Positions 21,019 to 32,135 of a stretch of 64,000 nucleotides of DNA are shown here, piece by piece. The translations under genes were made by a program, and so were the position numbers. The stretch's first letter is position 1. Every line of letters begins with the position of its first letter. This stretch comes from an uncultured Lentisphaerales bacterium (lineage in GTDB: Bacteria; Verrucomicrobiota; Lentisphaeria; JABSQK01; UBA12247). The stretch covers positions 222,290 through 286,289 of the forward strand of contig CALSSJ010000012.1 in NCBI GenBank assembly GCA_943788985.1. Reading direction: 5' to 3'. The notes under the pieces are model-generated. The model saw nothing but the letters and a program-made list of their open reading frames with translations. It ran no database searches and had not been told where the DNA came from.

Positions 21019-22059
21019 TCATTTTACGGAGAACTTCATCTCCGCTTCCTCGCCTTTCTTCCTAATGTCTAGTACGAACTTTGCGCCGTCATGCAGCGCT
21101 CGCTGCGCGTAGATCGAGAAGCTCCCATAAATGCTTCTGCCGTCGCGCTTGTATGGCGTGATCTTTGTGGTAAGACTGCGGTTGCCCCACGGTCCGACTA
21201 TAGTCGCTGTCTCGACGCCGGTCTGTGACTTGAGCGCGTTCCAGAATGTGAGCTTGGATTTCTGGATGTTCTTTCCCCTGAGCGACAGCGACCAGCCAGC
21301 GGTGGCTGCCTTGATCTGGGCCGTCTCCATGCTTTGGGCGTCCAGGGTCTGCGGCAGCCGCAAAATCAGACGCGTCATGGAATTGGCGTCGCTGACACTC
21401 GCGAGATCGTGCTCCAACTGAAAGGTGACCTCGTCCGGCTCTAGGTTGATTGCGAGTTTGTATGCGCAGCCATCTTGGAAGCTCCCCTTGATGCTGAGGG
21501 TATGTTCCTTGACAGTGAGTATCGTTGGCTCCGGTGCTTCGGTGAAGTCAGTGTGTTTGAGATAGGACAGCCGCCCCGCCTTAGCCTTCGGATCCAACCG
21601 TAAGCGCTGCACTTTCATTTCCATCGCCTTACCGACCGGCTCGCCGCCCGAGAGTGGTTGTAGGTAGAGACTGCCAGAGGCGCTCAGCTTGGCCACAAAG
21701 GTGGGCGCCTGATAGACTGTGTGGCATTGCTTCCACTCACCATTGGCAAAAGTAGGAAGCTGCCCCTTCTTTGCCTTCGTAATGAGGTTCTCGCCTGCCT
21801 TAGCACCCTTGGCTCTCTTCTCTGGTGGTAAACCCGCCAATTTTCTGGCGGCCTTTCTGTCTGCCGGGATTAGGCTGGTAAGAGGAATGGCACCGATCTT
21901 CCCGTCCGGCGATCGTAGCTGAACCTTTCCCGCTTTTACTCCGACGAAGCTGGCCTTGACTCCATTTCCTTTTGTACTGGTCCAGATTCGCTGCTCAGCT
22001 TCCTGTGCGCTGGCGGTCAGGAGCGAAACCATAAGCATGAGACGGATTAGTGAGGCCAT
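21019..22059 (-). CDS. Secreted SHD1-domain protein
   Basis: Signal peptide, then RIWTSTKG..VKASFVG...VQL...AIPLTSL..ADR; RBS AGGAG. Confidence 0.75.
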   Translation of the reverse strand: MASLIRLMLMVSLLTASAQEAEQRIWTSTKGNGVKASFVGVKAGKVQLRSPDGKIGAIPLTSLIPADRKAARKLAGLPPEKRAKGAKAGENLITKAKKGQLPTFANGEWKQCHTVYQAPTFVAKLSASGSLYLQPLSGGEPVGKAMEMKVQRLRLDPKAKAGRLSYLKHTDFTEAPEPTILTVKEHTLSIKGSFQDGCAYKLAINLEPDEVTFQLEHDLASVSDANSMTRLILRLPQTLDAQSMETAQIKAATAGWSLSLRGKNIQKSKLTFWNALKSQTGVETATIVGPWGNRSLTTKITPYKRDGRSIYGSFSIYAQRALHDGAKFVLDIRKKGEEAEMKFSVK

Positions 22060-22468
22060 TGAGGACTCCTTTGGTTGGCTGCAGGGAAACGTCCGCTGAA
22101 GAAGACCCCAACTATCGCACAGGTCAAGGTTACCAACAAGTACAAACCTGTAATATTCGAAAAGGATCTGTGATCTCGGTAAGGCGCTCTTGCAGCGCCG
22201 AAGCAGCGAGTTACGACTGAACTATGCCAAACCCCGAAATTCCCACGCCTAGGCGCCGGAGCCCGCCGAGAGCTAGGAGCACGCGTGGCGTGCTCGTGGA
22301 AACGTTGCCACCGTTGGTCCAGCAACCGCGTGTGGTTGGCGTTGGTAGACAGGTGATTGCGACCGAGGAAGTCTATTGTCCGGATGCAAGCAAGGTCTAG
22401 TGGCGGCCACAGGGCTGTGATGCAGTATACGCTGCGAAGGGAGAGGCACCTTTCCTCGCCGTGATTGG

Positions 22469-23105
22469 TCACTGCCTGGACTGTGGGAAGAGCGTGGCAG
22501 CCATCACTCTGGACAGGAGCCTGAAGCTGATGTATGACCTGCTCCGCGAGCTGGCTGCAACGGTCAGTTCACGGAAGATGTGCCACGCCGTCTGCTGCAC
22601 ACCGTCTCCAGTCATGTCCACGCGGACTTCGGGTAGGCGATCAACTTGGCTGGAATTGCTCGGGAGCTCAAGGTTTCCCGGAAGTAGCTCGCGCGGACCT
22701 GCCTGCACCAGTTCGACATCTCCTCTGGCGCCTGGGTGACGCAGGCAAAGATGCGAGAGGCAACCATCCTGCTGGCCGAGCCAGACTGGTCGGCTAAGGA
22801 AGTGCAACAGCGCGTCGAGAATACTTCGCAAGGGCAGGTAGACGGCAAATACCACAGTGGCGACCATCAGCTCTTCGGCCGAAGCCAGCAGTTGTCGGTA
22901 CGTAGGTGGCAGGTCAAGCAACGTCACGACGTCAGAAACCGTCGCGCCTTGCTCAGCACGCTCGCGCATCGTGCTGAAGCACAGCTGCTTTGCGCTGGCC
23001 CGGCGAGTGTGCTGCGATGTCCGCCAACGCCTCCGGTAGCGGCTGTCCGTACCGAAGGAGAAGGGCCAGGCTGGCCAGAATCTCGGCTTTGGCCTCTCGG
23101 GTCAT
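22469..23105 (-). pseudogene. Type II secretion F (GspF/PilC)-like fragments
   Basis: LALLLRYGQPLPEAL, EQGATVSD, FAVYLP; frameshifted and internally deleted. Confidence 0.5.
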
Positions 23106-23109
23106 GATC

Positions 23110-23303
23110 GCCGAAATGGGTACAGGATCTACCACGAAAGACGAGGGTGGCTCACCTGAAACCACTCCGTACGCTGTAGGCCAATCGCCTTTCGGAGATC
23201 TGTAGGTCCCGAGCATCATCTCGATGACCGGGAGATGCACCGCATAGCCCGCATCGCAGTATTCGCGGCCCTTGGCGTGGTGCCAATGATGAAAGTCAGG
23301 CAT
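23110..23303 (-). pseudogene. Sterol desaturase/fatty-acid hydroxylase C-terminal fragment
   Basis: PDFHHWHH...YAVHLPVIEMMLGTY. Confidence 0.6.
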
Positions 23304-23471
23304 AGAGCACTAATTGAAGCCAGGATAGCTTTGCAAAGGTAGGCATATTGCGCCTCAGCTTGGAGCAAGAACAAGCGCTGGATTCGCTTTTGTCGCAAGG
23401 GCATTCGGCAGAGAGCCGAGCACATCGTATGGTAACCGGGTTTTATTGCCCACATCCTGCCGAGTCCCATT

Positions 23472-24935
23472 ATGCCGGATAGCGCCGCGCCCCGCCCAAA
23501 TATCGTGTTCATCATGTCCGACGATCATGCTTCCCATGCCATGAGTTGCTACGGTAGCCGGATCAATACGACGCCCAACTTGGACCGGATTGCGAATGAA
23601 GGCATGCGGCTGGATAATTGCTTCTGCACGAACGGGATTTGCACGCCAAGCCGGGCCGCGATCCTGACTGGGCACCTACAATCACGTCAACAAGGTGACC
23701 ACACTTGCCACGCACTTGGACAACCGCATGACCACGTTCCCGGGCCTGTTGCGCGAGAGTGGATACCAGACCGCCGTCTTTGGGAAGTGGCACCTTGGCA
23801 TGGGACCTGATCATTGCCCGCGTGATTTTGATGATTGGGCAGTTCTGCCAGGGCAGGGCCTGTATCACAACCCAGACTTCATCTTCAAAAATGACGATGG
23901 TGGCGAAACTCGCACGGTGACGGGATACGTGACGGATCTGATCACTGACTTCTCGCTGGATTGGCTCAAACAACGGGATCCCGACAAGCCATTCTGCCTT
24001 TTGTATCATCACAAGGCACCACATCGTTCTTGGGAGCCGGACGAGAAGCACGCACACATGTATTTGAACGAGGTTATTCCTGAGCCGGAAACGCTCTACG
24101 ATGACTACTCCGAGCGAGCAGCCGCTGCCAAAGCAGCGACCATGCGCATCGGGCTGGACATGAATACCCAAGACATCAAGCGCGCGATCAATAAGAAGCT
24201 TCCGGAGATGGAGCTGCGCAAGTGGGCTTACCAGCATTACATCAAGGACTATCTCAGAGTCGTCGCCAGCATCGATGACAACGTTGGCCGGGTCCTCGAC
24301 TACCTGGATGAGGCGGGGCTGAGCGAGAACACGATCGTGGTGTACACCAGTGACCAGGGCTTCTTTCTCGGTGATCATGGCTGGTATGACAAACGATTCA
24401 TGTACGAAGAGTCGCTGCGGATGCCCTTTGTCGTCCGCTATCCGCGAGAGATTCAGGCTGGCAGCGTCAGCGAAGACATCGTCCACCAATGTCGACTTTG
24501 CGCCGCTGTTTCTGGAATTGGCAGGCGTGGACATTCCGGAAGCGTTCCAGGGGCGGAGTTTTCGCAGAGTCCTCCATGGCGAGGCAACCGTTGGATTGGC
24601 CCGAGGCTATGTACTATCGCTACTGGATGCACGCAGCCCATCATAACGTCGCAGCCCACTACGGGATCCGAACCAAGCGCTATAAGCTGATTTACTACTA
24701 TTTTGATGGCTGCGGCCAGGAAGGCGCGATTGGCGCAACGGGGAGCGATGCTCGGCTGGCAGCGATTCACAATCGCGAGCCCGAGTGGGAGCTGTTCGAC
24801 TTGGAGGCAGATCCGTACGAACTCAGGAATGTGTACGGCAAATCAGAGTATGCCGACGTAGTCAGTGAGTTGACCGAGCGACTTCATCGCCTGCAAGCGG
24901 CGATAAAGGACGAGCGTTACGTCAAGGATGCTTGA
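23472..24935 (+). CDS. S1 sulfatase, two +1 frameshifts (~23670, ~24483)
   Basis: [57 protein letters not shown]. Confidence 0.88.
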
Positions 24936-25727
24936 GGAACGTCAGTCTGCGGCGTAAATAATCATGCCATCGCACAGGGGCTTTCGCGGATTCATTTTCA
25001 TCCCGATCGCCGGTGAGCTACGGCGCGGCATCGCAGTTCGTTCCGTCAGCGTCTGGTTCCGATCTGGTAAGCCCGTCTGGGCCCTTCGTGCTGCCAGTCT
25101 TCTGGACCGCTATCTCAACTAACTGTTGCTTGCCCTTTCTGGAAAGCTGGACTTGGGGAAGGCTGGGATCGTGGAGCCGCCCCAGGTATCCGAGCTGGAT
25201 CGCGATGGCGATCTCCACAGCACCAATCGTTCGCAGCAATGATTGGCCTCGCGTCTCGCTTTGTGCTGCCCAAATGCCGAAAGTGATTGGGGCTAATGCG
25301 AGCAAGGAAAAAGTTTCCCTGTGGGGGTGCAGATGTAGCAACAATGGCGCATCCCCAGCAACATCATAAGTGTCCTAAGAATCCAAGTTCGGAACACAGA
25401 GTGTTCGAGCCTGCGTTACAATACGCGTTAGCTCACTGCTCGGCGAATCCATGTTAGTGCCGGTGGAAATGTGGCTTCTGAATGCTGACTTCGCAATCTA
25501 GTGACGGACTGGTCGCAGAAGAGTTCGATCGCAAAAGCAGACCGACCTTACCGTATCCTTTTTTTTTGAGTGTCTGACTGTTGCGATTGATGGTCCGACC
25601 GACCTGTCGGAATGATTCTGTGCCAATCGCCTGTCGGCATTGACGAACAGGCTAGCTCCGTTAGGTTTCGGCTGGGACTTTCGCTTAGAGGCGGAACACA
25701 AAGACACGTGCTGACAGTGGGCCGAGC

Positions 25728-27959
25728 ATGGAATTCAATTCAATTCAGGATCAAATCAACAGCGCCGAGCGCTTTGAGGAGATCATTTTTGATCTTGAGG
25801 AAGAGATCAAGGGGCTGCTTTGCGCCGAGCGCTTGACCTTCTATAAGCGCGACTCCAACGGGACCGAGATCGTGTCTTGGTATGGGGCCGACCTGGAAGA
25901 AGAGATTAGGCTGCCGCTTTCGCCCACATCGATCGCCGGATATGTGGCCATGAGTAAGCGCTCCGTAAAGATCGATGACGTGTACGATCCAGAGGAACTG
26001 GCGGCCGTTCATCCTAAGCTGCGCTTCGACTACAGCTACGATCAGGAATCAGGCTACGTGACCCGGGCCATGCTGGTAGTGCCTATTGCCCACAAGGACA
26101 CTCTCCTGGGCGTGATGCAGGTGATCAATCACATCGGCATCGAGAGCTTTAGCGCCGAGGACATCAGCCACGCTGAATCCGTGGCAGACCTGATCGCCCA
26201 GCGCTTTCGTTATGAATTCAAGGCCACAGTTGGCCCCTATGATTATCTGCTGAAAAACAAGAAGCTCACGCTTGATCAGCTCGAGGAAATGGAGCAGCTT
26301 GCCGTCGAACGTGACCTCTCAATCTCCTCGCTTTTGCAGACGGAGTGTGCCATCACTCATGATGAAATAGGCCAGTCATTCGAGCAGTACTACCAGGTGC
26401 CGTTCTTCAAGTACAATCCCGACTTGGAGCTAGATACCGCGATCCTTGACCAGCTGAACAAGGGCTATCTAGCGCAGAACTTCTGGCTGCCGCTGGCCTA
26501 CAGTCAGGACAAGGCGATCGTACTCATTGACGATCCCAACGATGCCGAGCGCATCATGGAGATCCAAAACGTTCTTACAGCCCAGAGCTATGAGTTTCTA
26601 GTCGGCACGCAGGATGACATCCTGCGCTTTCTCGGCTTCATCGAGGAACCGATCATTTCCGAGCCGGAAATGGACCTCGATGACCTGATCGCCAAGCTGG
26701 AGAGTAAGGCCCAGGAGGCGCTGGATGGTGATCAGGATGTGGTCAGCATCGACCAGACCAATCCCGAAGAGGGCGTGGTCGTGCAACTGGTGAACCGTAT
26801 CATCTACGACGCCGTGGCCATGAACGCATCCGATATTCACGTGGAGCCCAGCAAAGGCCGGCTGTCTGGCACCGTGCGCATGCGCGTGGACGGCGTCTGT
26901 CGCGTAGTTCTTGAGGTCCCCAACCGCCACGTGCGCGCGGTAGTCAGCCGCATTAAGGTTCTCTCCCGTTTGGACATCGCCGAGCGTCGCAAACCGCAGG
27001 ATGGCAAGCTTGCCGTCCGCATGGGGGGACGTCCACTTGAGCTACGAATTGCCACATTGCCGACCATCTGTGGCGAGAGTGTGGTCATGCGTATTCTCGC
27101 GCAGGGAGACGCGCTTCCCTACGACAAACTTGGCTTTTCGAAGCGTAACTATGAGATGATCGATACCTCGCTGGCGCACCCACACGGGCTTGTGCTTGTG
27201 GTGGGGCCAACCGGGTCAGGAAAGACCACCACCTTGCACGGGTTGCTCGGCTATTTGAACACGCCAGAACGCAAGATTCTTACGGCCGAGGATCCGGTGG
27301 AAATCACGCAGCCCGGCATGAGCCAGGTGCAGGTGCAGCCCAAGATTGGCTACACATTTGCCATTGCGCTGCGCGCATTCCTGCGTTGTGACCCGGACAT
27401 CATCCTCATCGGTGAGATGCGTGATCATGAGACCGCCAGCATGGGCGTAGAAGCCTCCCTGACCGGCCATCTGGTGTTCTCCACATTGCATACGAACTCT
27501 GCACCCGAGACCGTCGTGCGTCTGCTTGAAATGGGGCTAGACCCGCTGAACTTTGCTGACGCTCTGGTCTGCGTGGTTGCCCAGCGGCTGATGCGGACCC
27601 TGTGCAAAAACTGCAAAGAAGAGTACACACCCACGCAGGACGAGTTCGACCGGCTTGCGAACCTCTACGGTCTCGAATACTACCCCGAGTTGAACATTGA
27701 CCTGACCAAGCTGAAGCTGATGCGGGGTGTGGGCTGCGAGGAGTGTGGGACGACTGGCTACCGTGGGCGTTGTGGCGTGCATGAAGTGCTGGTTAATTCC
27801 AAGGAACTTAGCGCGTTGATTGCCGCCAACACTCCTGCAAAGATTATTCGCGAGTTGGCCGTGAAAGAGGGGATGCGAACCGTCCAACAGGACGGTGTGA
27901 TCAAAGTCTTCGAAGGGCTCTCCTCTCTCGACCAACTGCGGAAAGTCTGCGGGGATTAA
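25728..27959 (+). CDS. GAF domain plus GspE/PilB-type secretion ATPase
   Basis: GAF (SIAGYVA, YVTRAMLVVPI); ASDIHVEP, GPTGSGKTTT, AEDPVE, DPDIILIGEMRD, TGHLVFSTLHTN, CKNC/CEEC. Confidence 0.93.
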   Translation: MEFNSIQDQINSAERFEEIIFDLEEEIKGLLCAERLTFYKRDSNGTEIVSWYGADLEEEIRLPLSPTSIAGYVAMSKRSVKIDDVYDPEELAAVHPKLRFDYSYDQESGYVTRAMLVVPIAHKDTLLGVMQVINHIGIESFSAEDISHAESVADLIAQRFRYEFKATVGPYDYLLKNKKLTLDQLEEMEQLAVERDLSISSLLQTECAITHDEIGQSFEQYYQVPFFKYNPDLELDTAILDQLNKGYLAQNFWLPLAYSQDKAIVLIDDPNDAERIMEIQNVLTAQSYEFLVGTQDDILRFLGFIEEPIISEPEMDLDDLIAKLESKAQEALDGDQDVVSIDQTNPEEGVVVQLVNRIIYDAVAMNASDIHVEPSKGRLSGTVRMRVDGVCRVVLEVPNRHVRAVVSRIKVLSRLDIAERRKPQDGKLAVRMGGRPLELRIATLPTICGESVVMRILAQGDALPYDKLGFSKRNYEMIDTSLAHPHGLVLVVGPTGSGKTTTLHGLLGYLNTPERKILTAEDPVEITQPGMSQVQVQPKIGYTFAIALRAFLRCDPDIILIGEMRDHETASMGVEASLTGHLVFSTLHTNSAPETVVRLLEMGLDPLNFADALVCVVAQRLMRTLCKNCKEEYTPTQDEFDRLANLYGLEYYPELNIDLTKLKLMRGVGCEECGTTGYRGRCGVHEVLVNSKELSALIAANTPAKIIRELAVKEGMRTVQQDGVIKVFEGLSSLDQLRKVCGD

Positions 27960-28014
27960 CGGAGTTGCAGGTGCTGTATCCGCCGGATTCAGTCGGCAAT
28001 ACAGCGGCTAGCTG

Positions 28015-29086
28015 ATGCGTATCCTGCACGTAGTCGAGGCAACTGGCGGGGGCGTCAGGCGACACCTTCAACTGGTCCTGCCCGGCCTCCGAGCACGGGG
28101 GCACGAAGTCGCGCTGGCCTACTCCCTGCGGCGCGCAGATCCCGGTTTTAGCCAGGACTTGGCCCAGTTCGAAGCCGCTGGCATCGTCCTGAGGGAGATT
28201 CCGATGCGACGCCTGCCGGCTCCCGCAGATCGTGCCGCCGCGCGGAAGGTTGCGGAGTTCGCAACGGACTTTGGGGCAGAGATCATGCATTGCCATGGGA
28301 CCAAGGCCGGGATTCTGGGGCGCATGCAACGGCGCATCCGACCCGTGGTCTACAGCCCGCACGCATTCCTCTTTCAAGGAGCGACCGGCTTCAAGCGCAT
28401 CCTGCTGTTGATGCTGGAGAACATGTTCGTGCGCCAGACGGCCGCGCTCATCTGCGTATCCGAGGCCGAGGAGCAAGTGGCCAGAGCTGCTGACCTGCGA
28501 TTTGCGAAGGTCGCAATCGCCCGCAACGGTGTGCCAATCACGTCGCCTGCCAATCCGGCAGGTTTTGCGGAGTTCGCAATCGGCTGCGCCGCGCGGCTGG
28601 CCCCGCAGAAGGGGATCGACGTGCTGATTCGGGCGCTGGGCCAGGTGCCAGGCGCGAGGCTGACGCTGTGGGGGGATGGGCCGCTGCTGGCAGAGCTCCA
28701 GGCCTTGGCCGTAGCCGAAGGCGTCGCGGACCGTGTCGACTTTGCGGGGTTCGCAGAGGATGCTCGCGAGCAGGTGAAGAACATGGACCTTGGCGTGCTC
28801 CCCTCGCGGTTCGAGGGGCTGTCGTATCAGCTGCCTGGAAATGTTGGAAGCTGGCCTTCCAGTTGTCGCCAGCGACGTCCCCGGAAATCGCCTGCCCGCG
28901 ATTGACGCCGGGCTGACGCTGGTGCTGCCCGACGATGCGGTCGCCCTGGCAGCTGCGTTGCGCCACCAGCAGGCACTGACCCCGGCCGAGCGCAGCGCCT
29001 GCGGCGCGCAGGCCAGAGCTGGCATTCACGAGCACTATTCTCTGGAGTCCAGCTCGCAGCACTCGAGACCGCTTATCGAGACGTAA
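28015..29086 (+). CDS. GT4 glycosyltransferase, +1 frameshift ~28834
   Basis: MRILHVVEATGGGV, RLAPQKG, PSRFEGL, LEMLEAGLPVVASDVPG. Confidence 0.85.
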
Positions 29087-29311
29087 TGCGCATGAAGTGA
29101 GATGGGGCCGGGGTTGTGGCTCTAGCAGCCCGTGGATAAACTCCCGTCGTCGCGAGAACGACGAATTCCGAGGCGATTTGTCGCCTAAATACGCAAAACT
29201 GTAGCCACGCTGAACGTGTGCCCAGCAGACGTCAGGTTGTCCTCGGCTGCCAGTGATGTCGAAACCGAGCGCAGGTATTCACTGCCACAGTTGGGCCAGC
29301 CATACGAAAGA

Positions 29312-29363
29312 ATCGGCTCGAGTCGATTTCCAGCGACGACAGTCCTCTCGAGCCGATCTTTTT
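29312..29363 (+). terminator. Inverted repeat followed by T-run, terminator-like
   Basis: ATCGGCTCGAG ... CTCGAGCCGAT then CTTTTT; the 24-nt loop is long for a terminator. Confidence 0.35.
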
Positions 29364-29413
29364 ACTCTTTCCGCTGATTCTATGCAGGTCGAAAGGGCTA
29401 AAATCACCAACTT

Positions 29414-29429
29414 GTAACTAAATAGTTAC
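29414..29429. promoter_or_regulatory. Palindromic operator candidate
   Basis: GTAACTA-AA-TAGTTAC about 70 bp upstream of the Gfo-GH88 operon. Confidence 0.45.
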
Positions 29430-29501
29430 CTGTGGCTTGGCTTCGCCGCTTTTAGGTGCAATGGTACCGCAACCGATCATCCGAAAGAGCGAGGGAAGAA
29501 C

Positions 29502-30647
29502 ATGAGCGACTTGAGACTTGGAATTGTCATGCACGGCATTACTGGCCGAATGGGGAAAAACCAACATCTAATCCGTTCGGTAAAGGCAATCATGGACGAT
29601 GGTGGCCTACCGCTTGCCAATGGAGATGTGGTGAAGCTGGACCCGATTCTGGTGGGGCGCAATCTGGCCCGCGTCAAGGCTGTGGCCGATGAAGTTGGGA
29701 TCGAGAAGTACAGTGACGATGTCGACGCTGCGCTGGCAGATCCGGGCAACACCTTGTTCTTCGACGCGGCCTCGACGCAACGGCGTCCGGAATTGCTGCG
29801 GAAGGCGATTGCTGCTGGTATGCACGTCTATTGTGAGAAGCCGACTGCGGATCGTCTGGATGTGGCGCTGGCCCTAGCCAAAGAGGCCAATGCCGCCGGG
29901 GTGAAGCACGGCGTGGTCCAGGATAAGTTGTACCTGCCGGGTCTATTGAAGCTTAAGAAGCTGGTGGATGGGGGCTCCTTGGGGAAGATCCTTTCACTGC
30001 GAATTGAGTTCGGCTACTGGGTATTTACGGGAGATGGCGGTGAGCCGCAGCGCCCGTCTTGGAACTATCGCAAGGAAGATGGCGGCGGCATCATCATCGA
30101 TATGATGTGCCACTGGCAGTATGTTCTGGCTGGCATTTTTGGCCGTCCGTCGGCGATTTCCTGCACCATGGTCACACACATCGATGAGCGTGTGGACGAG
30201 AATGGCAAGACCTACAAAGGAACTGCGGATGACGCTGCCTACGCCACGGTCGAGCTCGAGAATGGGATTATCGCCCAGATCAATTCGGATTGGTGCACGC
30301 GAGTGAATCGGGACGATCTGGTGACGTTTCAGGTGGATGGCACCAAGGGCTCTGCGGTCGCAACACTCACCAGCTGCAAGGTGCAGTCGCTGGCGGAGAC
30401 GCCGCGCCCCGTATGGAATCCGGACGAGAAGCAGTCGCATTCGTTCCAGGATGATTGGCAGGAAGTGGACGCGGACCTCGAGGCAACAAATGGCTTCCGG
30501 ATCCAATGGGAGCAGTTTGTCCGGCACATCTTCGAAGACGGGCCATGGTCGCATGGGCTGGATAAGGGGGCGGACTCTGTACAGTTGGCCGAGTTGGCGC
30601 TGATCAGCCATGACGCACGCAGCTGGGTTGATGTCCCGCAGCTGTAG
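29502..30647 (+). CDS. Gfo/Idh/MocA oxidoreductase
   Basis: GITGRMG, HVYCEKP, GGGIIIDM.CHW, ADDAAY. Confidence 0.92.
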   Translation: MSDLRLGIVMHGITGRMGKNQHLIRSVKAIMDDGGLPLANGDVVKLDPILVGRNLARVKAVADEVGIEKYSDDVDAALADPGNTLFFDAASTQRRPELLRKAIAAGMHVYCEKPTADRLDVALALAKEANAAGVKHGVVQDKLYLPGLLKLKKLVDGGSLGKILSLRIEFGYWVFTGDGGEPQRPSWNYRKEDGGGIIIDMMCHWQYVLAGIFGRPSAISCTMVTHIDERVDENGKTYKGTADDAAYATVELENGIIAQINSDWCTRVNRDDLVTFQVDGTKGSAVATLTSCKVQSLAETPRPVWNPDEKQSHSFQDDWQEVDADLEATNGFRIQWEQFVRHIFEDGPWSHGLDKGADSVQLAELALISHDARSWVDVPQL

Positions 30648-30676
30648 AGTTTTTATTCGGTAAGGAAACTATTTCT

Positions 30677-32047
30677 ATGATTGACCTGCAGGCAGCACCG
30701 AAATTAGGCGAGCTGAGCCCCGCATTGGATCGCTTTTTTGAGCTGGCAAAGCACAAGACTGTGAATCTCGACAGAGAGTATGATGACTCGCAGGGCTCCC
30801 CTGTTTTTACCGTGGATGGCAAGTACACTACTCGTGGCTGGACGGAGTGGACCGAGGGATTTCGCTATGGTATCGCGGTGTTGCATTTCGATGCGACTGG
30901 CGATGAAGAAAGCCTGGCGTCGGGACGCAGACGGATTGTCGACCGCATGGCCAGCCATGTCAGCCATATCGGTGTCCACGATCACGGCTTTAATAACCTC
31001 TCGACCTACGGGAACCTGCGCCGGCTGATGAACGAGGGGCGCATCCCCGAGAACGAATGGGAGCGCCATTTCTATGAGCTGGCGATCAAGGTCTCAGGCG
31101 CGGTGCAGGCCGCACGCTGGACGGAGCGTCAGGGCGGCGGTTTTATTCACAGCTTTAATGGTCCGCATTCGCTATTCGTGGATACGATTCGCTCGGTGCG
31201 GATTCTGATGGCTGCGGATCGGTTGGGGCATGTGTTAATGGGGGAGGGCGATCAAGCCATTAGCCTGTTGGAGCGCGGGCTGCGGCACATCGAGTCCACG
31301 GCTGAGTATTCGGTCTACTACGGCGAGGGCCGGGATCGCTATGACGAGTCCGGGCGTACGGCGCATGAGATTGTGTTCAATACCAAGGACGGGGCCTATC
31401 GCTGTCCGAACTCGCAGCAGGGATATACCGGCTTCAGTACCTGGACACGTGGCCAGGCCTGGGCGGTTCTGGGATTTGCTGAGGAGTTGGAATTGCTGGC
31501 TGAGACGCCCGCGGAGGCCTACAAGGAGTTCGGCGGGAAGAGCAAGTGGGAGAGGCTGATGCTGCGCGCGGCCACTGCCACCGCGGACAACTTCATTGCC
31601 AACACGCCGGTGGATGGCATCCCGTACTGGGACACCGGCGCACCACGTCTGCACTTGATCGATGGCTGGCGAGATCGCCCATCTGATCCCTATAACGAGT
31701 ACGAGCCGGTGGACAGTTCTGCAGCTGCGATTAACGCGCAGGGGCTGCTTCGGCTTGGTCGCTACCTGAGTGGTAATGGGCAGGAGGTCGCAGGGGCGCG
31801 CTATCTGAAGGCGGGTCTGAAGGTGGCCCAGTCACTCTTTTCGGACCCGTACTTGTCCACGGATCCAAGCCATCAGGGGCTAATTCTGCATTCGATCTAC
31901 CATGAGCCAAATGGCTGGGACCACCGTCCTGATCCAAGCAAGGCTGCCTACGGCGAGTCTTCGATGTGGGGCGACTATCATGCGATGGAGCTGGCAGTGT
32001 ATCTCCAGCGTCTTGCGGGAGATGGGCCGTATCTGACCTTTTTCTAG
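30677..32047 (+). CDS. GH88-like unsaturated glucuronyl hydrolase
   Basis: GWTEWT.GF, HDHGF, WTRGQAW, PYWD, DSSAAAI, WGDY. Confidence 0.85.
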   Translation: MIDLQAAPKLGELSPALDRFFELAKHKTVNLDREYDDSQGSPVFTVDGKYTTRGWTEWTEGFRYGIAVLHFDATGDEESLASGRRRIVDRMASHVSHIGVHDHGFNNLSTYGNLRRLMNEGRIPENEWERHFYELAIKVSGAVQAARWTERQGGGFIHSFNGPHSLFVDTIRSVRILMAADRLGHVLMGEGDQAISLLERGLRHIESTAEYSVYYGEGRDRYDESGRTAHEIVFNTKDGAYRCPNSQQGYTGFSTWTRGQAWAVLGFAEELELLAETPAEAYKEFGGKSKWERLMLRAATATADNFIANTPVDGIPYWDTGAPRLHLIDGWRDRPSDPYNEYEPVDSSAAAINAQGLLRLGRYLSGNGQEVAGARYLKAGLKVAQSLFSDPYLSTDPSHQGLILHSIYHEPNGWDHRPDPSKAAYGESSMWGDYHAMELAVYLQRLAGDGPYLTFF

Positions 32048-32135
32048 CGGAACGCGCAGTGACAAAGCGCGGCAAGCGGTTTAATGCTGTCCGTAGGATC
32101 GGGCAACTGTAACCGTGTGATGGACGAAGAGCTTT

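Noticed and set aside
25018..25344. Small minus-strand membrane ORF
   Set aside because: No recognisable family or clear start; insufficient support.
29121..29160. IS terminal repeat-like CTAGCAGCCCGTGGATAAAC
   Set aside because: No partner end or transposase found.
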